DNA of 45,029 bases from an uncultured Holophagaceae bacterium (GTDB lineage Bacteria > Acidobacteriota > Holophagae > Holophagales > Holophagaceae). Under the pieces are notes generated by a model that ran no database searches, was not told where the DNA came from, and was given only the letters and a program-made list of their open reading frames with translations. The stretch covers positions 1 through 45,029 of the forward strand of contig CAIMBM010000170.1 in NCBI GenBank assembly GCA_903839205.1, in the 5' to 3' direction. The position numbers were made by a program, and so were the translations under genes. Positions 39,404 to 45,029 of the stretch are shown piece after piece. Every line of letters starts with the position of its first letter. Positions within the stretch are counted from its first letter, which is position 1.

Positions 39404-39419
39404 AGCAGGAAGCGTGCCC
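39404..39419 (-). promoter_or_regulatory. Sigma54 (-24/-12) promoter
   Basis: GGGCACGCTTCCTGCT: GG-N10-GC with GGCACG core, next to an AT-rich upstream region. Confidence 0.68.
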
Positions 39420-39436
39420 ACGGGAACCAGGGGATG

Positions 39437-39560
39437 AATCAATTTTTAATCATTATATTGTTTAATGTTAAATGGCATCAAATGATCAAGATGGCTTTTT
39501 TTTGATCAACATTTTTGTAATAACCATTATGCTAAAATACATTTTTGTAATTTTTCAAAC
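39437..39560. promoter_or_regulatory. AT-rich upstream activating region with direct and inverted repeats
   Basis: ACATTTTTGTAAT at 39509-39521 and 39539-39551; TGATCAA-N12-TTGATCA at 39483-39508; IHF-like AATCAAttttTAA at 39437-39449. Confidence 0.6.
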
Positions 39561-39637
39561 TAGCCGGGATGACGCGTCCCCCCCCGAAGGCTGGTGCCTG
39601 CAGGGGCGCCCAGGGATTCAGGCCTGGGGCATGACGC

Positions 39638-39973
39638 TTAGGCCCTGCCGGCACGGCCGAATTGCACGACCAGTCCCCCAATCACGATGATGGCGATCCC
39701 GATCCAGGTGGACAGGGGCACCGACTCCTGAAAGAGGAACCGCCCGACCAGGACGCTCACCACGGCAAAGATGGCGACATAGACCCCGAGCAGTTTGGAG
39801 AAGTCCCAGGGGACGAGGTTGACCACCACGCCGTAGGTACCGAGCATCACGAAGCCGAGGGCCATGAAGGCTACTCCGCCCCCACGCAGGCCCTTCCGGA
39901 CGACGGCGTCCCCACCCACCTCAAGGACGGCTGCCGCCAGGAAAATGAGCCAGGCCATGACCGGGAGTCGCAT
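39638..39973 (-). CDS. Small 4-TM SMR/YnfA-like (DMT superfamily) membrane protein
   Basis: AAVLEVGGD TM1 Glu, 4 hydrophobic helices, FQE..WIG; AGGAG RBS before ATG 39973. Confidence 0.78.
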   Translation of the reverse strand: MRLPVMAWLIFLAAAVLEVGGDAVVRKGLRGGGVAFMALGFVMLGTYGVVVNLVPWDFSKLLGVYVAIFAVVSVLVGRFLFQESVPLSTWIGIAIIVIGGLVVQFGRAGRA

Positions 39974-40032
39974 GTTGCTCCTGTGCATTGAGCGGGAGTG
40001 GGCGGTGGGGCCGGCGGAAGTGAGATTACCGC

Positions 40033-40070
40033 CAAAATTGTCTGCCAACCCTATGAATATGACAATTTTG
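40033..40070. promoter_or_regulatory. Perfect 10-bp inverted repeat forming sigma70-like promoters on both strands
   Basis: CAAAATTGTC-N18-GACAATTTTG; minus strand TTGTCA-N17-GACAAT, plus strand TTGTCT-N17-GACAAT. Confidence 0.58.
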
Positions 40071-40140
40071 TAGAGTTGCCTAAGCGCGAATCCGACGGCC
40101 CAGGTTCACGGACCCCGGAAAAGCCCCAAAACCCAGGGCT

Positions 40141-41493
40141 TCAGAAAATCGGGAGGTACTTGGCCAGTTCCCAGGGGGTGACTTCCAGGCGGTAGTCCTC
40201 CCACTCGAGCCGCTTGGCCAGGATGAAGGTCTCGTAGATCTGGGGGCCCAGAGCTGCGCGGATCACCGGATCCCTCTCCAACTCGTCGAGTGCCTGGCCA
40301 AGGGACAGGGGCAGGAGGTCGGGTTCAAGCACCGGTTCCGAAGTGGCGGTCGGGTAGAGGTTCTCGTCCGAGGCGCTGGGAATGGCCAGCTGGCGGCGGA
40401 TGCCGTCCAGACCTGCCGCCAGCATGACGGCGAAGGAGAGGTAGGGGTTGCAGCTGGGGTCCGGACAACGCAGCTCGATCCGGGTGGAATCCACACTGTG
40501 GGCCCGGGGGATGCGGATGAGGGCGGAGCGGTTGATCCGGCCCCAGCTGATTTGGACGGGCGCTTCATAGCCTCGCACCAGGCGCTTGTAGGAGTTCACC
40601 AGGGGCGCCAGCACGGCGCACATGCCCCGGGCATGGGCGAGCTGGCCCGCGATAAAATGCTTGGCGATGCTGGACAGCCCGTGGGAGTCGCCGGGGTCGG
40701 CGAAGGCGTTCGTGCCATTGGCCTTGTAGCTGAGGCTCTGGTGGACGTGCATGCCGTTGCCCGAGATTCCCCGGATGGGCTTGGGCATGAAGGTGGCGAT
40801 CAGGTTCCGCTGCTGGGCCATGATCTTGAGGAGGACCCGGAAGGTGACGATGTTGTCGGCCGTATTCAGCGCGTCGGAGTAGCGGAAGTCGATCTCATGC
40901 TGGCCCGTGGCGACCTCATGGTGCATGGTCTCCACCTGGATCCCGAACTCGGCCAGGGTATCGGCCATGTGGCGCCACAGGCTCGTGGCGACCAGATCGG
41001 TGGGGGCGTCGAAATAGCTCGCGCTGTCCGCGGGCTGCGGGTGGGCCGGCCCATCGTCCGCCTGGGCCTTCAAGAGGAAGAATTCCAGCTCGGGACCGGC
41101 GTTGTAGACGAAGCCCATCTCTTCAGCCTCGCGCATCACCTTGGCCAGGACTGCCCGGGGATCGCCCAGGAAGGGCTGGCCATCGGGTGTGAACACATTG
41201 CAGATGAGGCGGGCGGTGGCCTCCCGGCCGCTGACCCAGGGAAGAATGGCGAAGGTCGACATGTCCGGTACCAGGTACATGTCACTCTCGGCCACCCGGG
41301 CGAACCCCTCGATGCAGGATCCATCAAACCAGATTCCGTGGTTCAGGGTGGAGGCGAGTTCCTCCTTGGGAAGGGTGACGTTCTTCACCACTCCCACCAC
41401 ATCGGTGAACTGCAAGTCGATGAACCTCACCCCGCGCTCTTCCACGAGCGCCAGCAGGTCGGAAGCTGAGAGGTGGACTCGCGGCGAAGGCAT
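40141..41493 (-). CDS. glnA: Type I glutamine synthetase family protein (GSI-alpha-like)
   Basis: LQFTD, FDGSCIEGF..ESDM, GPELEFF, YFD, HHEVA.GQHEIDF, ATFMPKP, GNGMHVHQS, NSYKRL..GYEAP, NRSALIRIP, RIELRCPDP..NPYL. Confidence 0.9.
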   Translation of the reverse strand: MPSPRVHLSASDLLALVEERGVRFIDLQFTDVVGVVKNVTLPKEELASTLNHGIWFDGSCIEGFARVAESDMYLVPDMSTFAILPWVSGREATARLICNVFTPDGQPFLGDPRAVLAKVMREAEEMGFVYNAGPELEFFLLKAQADDGPAHPQPADSASYFDAPTDLVATSLWRHMADTLAEFGIQVETMHHEVATGQHEIDFRYSDALNTADNIVTFRVLLKIMAQQRNLIATFMPKPIRGISGNGMHVHQSLSYKANGTNAFADPGDSHGLSSIAKHFIAGQLAHARGMCAVLAPLVNSYKRLVRGYEAPVQISWGRINRSALIRIPRAHSVDSTRIELRCPDPSCNPYLSFAVMLAAGLDGIRRQLAIPSASDENLYPTATSEPVLEPDLLPLSLGQALDELERDPVIRAALGPQIYETFILAKRLEWEDYRLEVTPWELAKYLPIF

Positions 41494-42461
41494 CAGCGGA
41501 GTTTCTGGAGGGCGAAGGCTAGGATTACGATACCCAGGAGCGAGACGATTGCAATGGCGATGGGTCCCATGGCCGGAAGGCTCAGGATCCTGGAGGACCG
41601 GGAAGGTTCGTTCTTCTGTTCGAGGATGGTCGTGTCCACCTCGTCCAGGTGGGTCAGTTCGTGCACGAAGGTCCGGAGGTCCGCATGGCGGTCCTCGGGC
41701 CTGCGCTGGAGGGCCCTCGCTACGACCGCGGCAAGCTGAGGCGTGACACCCGCCACCTCCTGGTCCAGGCGGGGGACGCTCCCCCGGAGGTGCTGGGCCA
41801 TCACGGCCAGGTGGTTGTCGCCGTCGAAGGGCACGCGCCCCGTCAGCAGTTCGAACAGCATGGTCCCCAGCGAGTAGAGGTCCGTCCGCTGGTCGCCCCG
41901 CTGTCCCTCCACCTGTTCGGGCGCCATGTAGGCCGGGGTGCCGGCGGTGCTGCTCAGGTTGGCGTAGGTCACCCGGTGGGCCGTCTTTGTCAGGGCCAGC
42001 CCGAAATCAAGGATGACCGGCTGGCCGCTGTCCTTGATCAGGATGTTCTCGGGCTTGAGGTCCCGGTGGACGATGCCCAGATCATGGCAATGGGCCATCC
42101 CGTCGGCGATCTTGACGATGAGGGCCACGGCGGCCTCGGCGTCGAGGGGGGCCGAGGCCGTGATGTAGTCCCGCATGGACTGGCCACTGATGAGTTCCGT
42201 CACGAGGTAGGGTGTGTTGTTGAAGCGCCCGGAACCCAGCCCCTTCTGGATGGCAGGATGGGACAGGGTCTCCATGACCTCCAGCTCGCGCTGGAACCGC
42301 TCGTACTGGGCGGGATCCCCGATGCTGGTCCGGTCCGGAACCTTCAGGACCACCTCCTTGGTGGTCAGCAGGTCGAAGGCCCGGTACACGTCGCTCATGC
42401 CTCCCTGGGCCATGTGGCCCTGGATTCGGTAGTGGTCGAATTGATCGCCGATCTGGAGCAT
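41493..42461 (-). CDS. Hanks-type Ser/Thr protein kinase with C-terminal membrane anchor
   Basis: QGGMSDV, VVLK, RFQRE, HRDLKPEN, DFG, GTPAYMAPE, DLYSLG; terminal TM IAIAIVSLLGIVILAFAL. Confidence 0.92.
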   Translation of the reverse strand: MLQIGDQFDHYRIQGHMAQGGMSDVYRAFDLLTTKEVVLKVPDRTSIGDPAQYERFQRELEVMETLSHPAIQKGLGSGRFNNTPYLVTELISGQSMRDYITASAPLDAEAAVALIVKIADGMAHCHDLGIVHRDLKPENILIKDSGQPVILDFGLALTKTAHRVTYANLSSTAGTPAYMAPEQVEGQRGDQRTDLYSLGTMLFELLTGRVPFDGDNHLAVMAQHLRGSVPRLDQEVAGVTPQLAAVVARALQRRPEDRHADLRTFVHELTHLDEVDTTILEQKNEPSRSSRILSLPAMGPIAIAIVSLLGIVILAFALQKLR

Positions 42462-42470
42462 GGTGGCCGT

Positions 42471-43322
42471 CTATGCAGAGTTGCCGTTAGCGAGGGGATT
42501 TCCACTGCGCCGAAAGGGGTTCAGGTTCTTGAAACTGAATCCCTTCTTCGGCGCGGGGACACTGGAGTCGAGCTGATGAAGGCGGAGCGCGATCACCGAG
42601 AGATTATCGTCGCTATCCCGGTCCATCGCGAGGTCAAAGATGTGCCGTCCAAACACTTCGAGGTTCTCGGCCTCCTGGGCCATCCGGCCAATCTCCTCGT
42701 CCTGGACCACCGACCAGAGCCCATCGGTGCAGAGGATGAGGAGGTCCCCCTCCTGAACGGTGAGGACCTCGATATCGGGTTGCACGAAGAGTTCGAGGCC
42801 CACACACCGGTTCAGGACGGACCTCTGGTTGTGCGTGCGGGCCTTTTCGGGGGCGAGCAGCTTCATGCGCACCAGTTCGCCCACCCGGGTGTGGTCGTTG
42901 GTGAGGCACCGCGCGACCTTGTCCCGCACCAGGTAGACGCGGGAGTCGCCCACGTGGGCCAGGTGCAGGGTGCGGCCGTGCAGGTGCACCGCGGTGAGCG
43001 TGGTGCCCATGGGCGGCAGGTGTTCCTTCATGGCGGTCTGCATGATCTGGGTATTGGCGTTCTGGACCCCCTGGCGCAGGCGCTGGGCCATGGTCGCCCG
43101 GGATTCCTGGTAGACCGCATCGAAGAGCGCCTTGAGCGCCATGTCGCTGGCCATGGCCCCGTTCGCGTAGCCCCCCATGCCGTCGGCGATCCCAAAGAGG
43201 TGGCCCAGGGCGTCCAGGGGATGTTCCTCCCTGGAACAGAGCCGGATCGAGTCCTGGTTCTCTTCCCGGACCTTCCCCACGTGGCTGAAGCCGTGGATTT
43301 CGAGTTGGGGCGATTCCATCAT
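42471..43322 (-). CDS. PP2C/PPM family Ser/Thr phosphatase
   Basis: GKVREENQD, IADGMGG, MGTT, HVGDSR.Y, DH, CTDGL, DDNLS. Confidence 0.92.
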   Translation of the reverse strand: MMESPQLEIHGFSHVGKVREENQDSIRLCSREEHPLDALGHLFGIADGMGGYANGAMASDMALKALFDAVYQESRATMAQRLRQGVQNANTQIMQTAMKEHLPPMGTTLTAVHLHGRTLHLAHVGDSRVYLVRDKVARCLTNDHTRVGELVRMKLLAPEKARTHNQRSVLNRCVGLELFVQPDIEVLTVQEGDLLILCTDGLWSVVQDEEIGRMAQEAENLEVFGRHIFDLAMDRDSDDNLSVIALRLHQLDSSVPAPKKGFSFKNLNPFRRSGNPLANGNSA

Positions 43323-43341
43323 GGGTCCCGGGTCAGGTCAG

Positions 43342-43403
43342 AAAAAAGGTGCAGGGAGGGGGCTGGATACCGCCCCGCTCCCCGCTGAATCCCGGAGGAT
43401 TCA
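43342..43403 (-). terminator. Tandem hairpins ending in an intrinsic terminator between permease and phosphatase
   Basis: TGAATCC-N4-GGATTCA (43386-43403), then a GC-rich stem 43351-43385 followed by ACCTTTTTT on the minus strand. Confidence 0.68.
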
Positions 43404-43409
43404 AGACTG

Positions 43410-44948
43410 TTACCGTGCACCCCTGGAGGTCGCCATGGCTGGCAGGATGTCCTTGCCCGTCTTCTTCGAGTTCCACCAGAGGTAGAAGGCGCTCACGAGC
43501 CCCCAGCCAAGGGTGAAGTAAAGGGCGTATCGGGTGGCGTTCTTGCTGACGGGATCGGCCGCCGTGAGGCCGATGACCACGATCCCGAGGAGCATGCCGA
43601 TGTTTCCGACCAGGCCAAGGAAGGGCACGATGGCGTGCTTGCCGCTGTGGAATTCCTTCCGGCCCGAGAAGGCGACGAAGGTCAGGAAGCAGATCAGGCC
43701 GTAGAGGATGAAGGTGCCGATGTTCGAGGCCAGGGTGACGGCGGTCAGCATGGTGGTGTTCAGGACGCCGATGGCCCCGATGACGGCGGAGACGGCCACC
43801 AGGATCCAGACACCCACGTGGGGCGTGGCGTGCTTGCCGTGGAGGGCGCCGAGGGGGCCCGGCATTTCGCTGTCCTGGGCCATGGCGAAACTGACGCGCA
43901 CGGCGGTGTTGATGGCGGCGAGGGTGGTGCCGAGCACCGCGAGGCCCACGGTCACGGCGATCACCAGCATGAGGGCGAAGCCGTTGCCGCCCAGCATGGC
44001 ATCCCCGATGAGCCGCACCATGTCGCCGATGGGGGCGCTGGAGGCGGCCGCGGCGGCCATGCCGGTGGTCTTGGTGCCATCCGCGGCGACGTTGACGAGC
44101 TTCTCACACACGGCGTAGTTGGCCGCGAAGTACTCCAGCAGGTAGGCGAAGAGGCCCTGGATGACGAGGGAGAGCAGCACGCCCCGGGGGATGTCCCGCT
44201 TGGGGTTCTTCGCCTCACCCGCGAGGGAGGTGGAGGACTCGAAGCCCACGAGAATCAGGATGGCGATGGTGGACTGGAACAGCATGGCGGAGAGGCTGTG
44301 GGGCCAGGTGATGGAGAAGCCCGAGGGATGGGCCCACTGGGTGGCACCCAGGGGATTCTTGAGGCGGAACATGATGGCGAGGATGCTGAAGCCCACCAGG
44401 GAGACCAGCTGGATGATGTTGATGGCGATGGAGATGTTCGTGCTACCGGTGATGCCCCGGACGGCGATGAAGCCCACGAAGACAGAAAACAGGACTGCGA
44501 TGGCGATCTGCCAGGGAATGGAGACCGTGACCCCGAACTGGCTGAAGATGTAGGCCACCAGGGTGGCCATGAAGGCCACCATGACGCCGGGGTAGACCCA
44601 GTAGAAGAGGTGGGCCGCCCAGCCGGTGATGAACTTGGAGATGCGGGCGAAGCGCTGATGGCCCGCCTTGTCGCGATCCAAGAAGGCCTTCTCGGCGAAA
44701 TAGTAGGATCCGCCGGACCCGGCCTCGGGATACTTGCGCGCCAGCTCGGCGAAGGAGACCGCCGTGAGCAGGGCCACGATGAGCGCCGCGACGATGCCCG
44801 TCCACATGTCCGTATCGCCGCCCTTGTTGCCCGCCTGGATCTGGAACGTGATCCAGAGGAAGGCCCCGGGGGCGATGAGGGCCATCGCATTCACGGTGAC
44901 CCCGGTAAGCCCGAGCGTCTTCTTTACCTCTGTTGGGGGTGCTGCCAT
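43410..44948 (-). CDS. APC superfamily amino acid/amine permease
   Basis: About 12 TM, SFAELARKYPEAGSGGSYYF, LVGFES..LAGEAKNPKRDIPR, RVSFAMA.D..P..L..LH.KH.TP; AGGAGG RBS. Confidence 0.92.
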   Translation of the reverse strand: MAAPPTEVKKTLGLTGVTVNAMALIAPGAFLWITFQIQAGNKGGDTDMWTGIVAALIVALLTAVSFAELARKYPEAGSGGSYYFAEKAFLDRDKAGHQRFARISKFITGWAAHLFYWVYPGVMVAFMATLVAYIFSQFGVTVSIPWQIAIAVLFSVFVGFIAVRGITGSTNISIAINIIQLVSLVGFSILAIMFRLKNPLGATQWAHPSGFSITWPHSLSAMLFQSTIAILILVGFESSTSLAGEAKNPKRDIPRGVLLSLVIQGLFAYLLEYFAANYAVCEKLVNVAADGTKTTGMAAAAASSAPIGDMVRLIGDAMLGGNGFALMLVIAVTVGLAVLGTTLAAINTAVRVSFAMAQDSEMPGPLGALHGKHATPHVGVWILVAVSAVIGAIGVLNTTMLTAVTLASNIGTFILYGLICFLTFVAFSGRKEFHSGKHAIVPFLGLVGNIGMLLGIVVIGLTAADPVSKNATRYALYFTLGWGLVSAFYLWWNSKKTGKDILPAMATSRGAR

Positions 44949-45001
44949 ATGCCCTCCTGGTGCGAGAAAGTGGTTGAGGAATTTCGTTCCTCCCCAGTGA
45001 G

Positions 45002-45017
45002 TGCAATGGGTGTACCT
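45002..45017 (-). promoter_or_regulatory. Sigma54 (-24/-12) promoter of the permease operon
   Basis: AGGTACACCCATTGCA: GG-N10-GC with TTGCA -12 element, about 55 nt upstream of the permease ATG. Confidence 0.65.
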
Positions 45018-45029
45018 GAAAGGCTCTGC

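Noticed and set aside
39472-39690. 72-aa plus-strand ORF across the AT-rich island
   Set aside because: No RBS, atypical codon usage, hydrophobicity explained by T-rich DNA; region better explained as an enhancer
39974-40035. Guanidine riboswitch ahead of the SMR-like gene
   Set aside because: No ACGR twin hairpins or ykkC-type consensus visible

Overview
High-GC bacterial chromosomal window, probably a diderm such as a Holophagae/Geothrix-like Acidobacteriota (inferred from gene content only). It has about 48 CDS and no tRNA, rRNA, CRISPR, integrase or transposase that I can see. Positions 1-38 kb are mostly housekeeping: two convergent liv-type ABC importers around azlCD, trmO, an orphan rsmH, an exported tricorn protease, dut, rlmN, an M16 peptidase, a 4-gene ABC exporter, dnaE, cysE, cyclophilin, prepilin peptidase, mce, holB, tmk, heptose kinase and a Trm112-like gene missed by the ORF track. 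The best candidate for an undescribed system is the minus-strand block at 38.1-45 kb. There a sigma54-type promoter precedes an APC permease, a PP2C phosphatase, a tail-anchored Hanks Ser/Thr kinase and a translationally coupled type I glutamine synthetase. Next come an SMR-like gene and a second sigma54-type promoter with an AT-rich repeat-containing enhancer, which precedes a small ORF, a TorF/TIGR02001-like porin and a structured intergenic element. Other notable signals are a recurrent TANNNT-N6-ATG leaderless signature, a structured 44-codon uORF overlapping the dnaE start, and a zinc-ribbon plus Ig-like gene pair resembling a split ZitP. All family assignments come from motif recognition by eye, not database searches.
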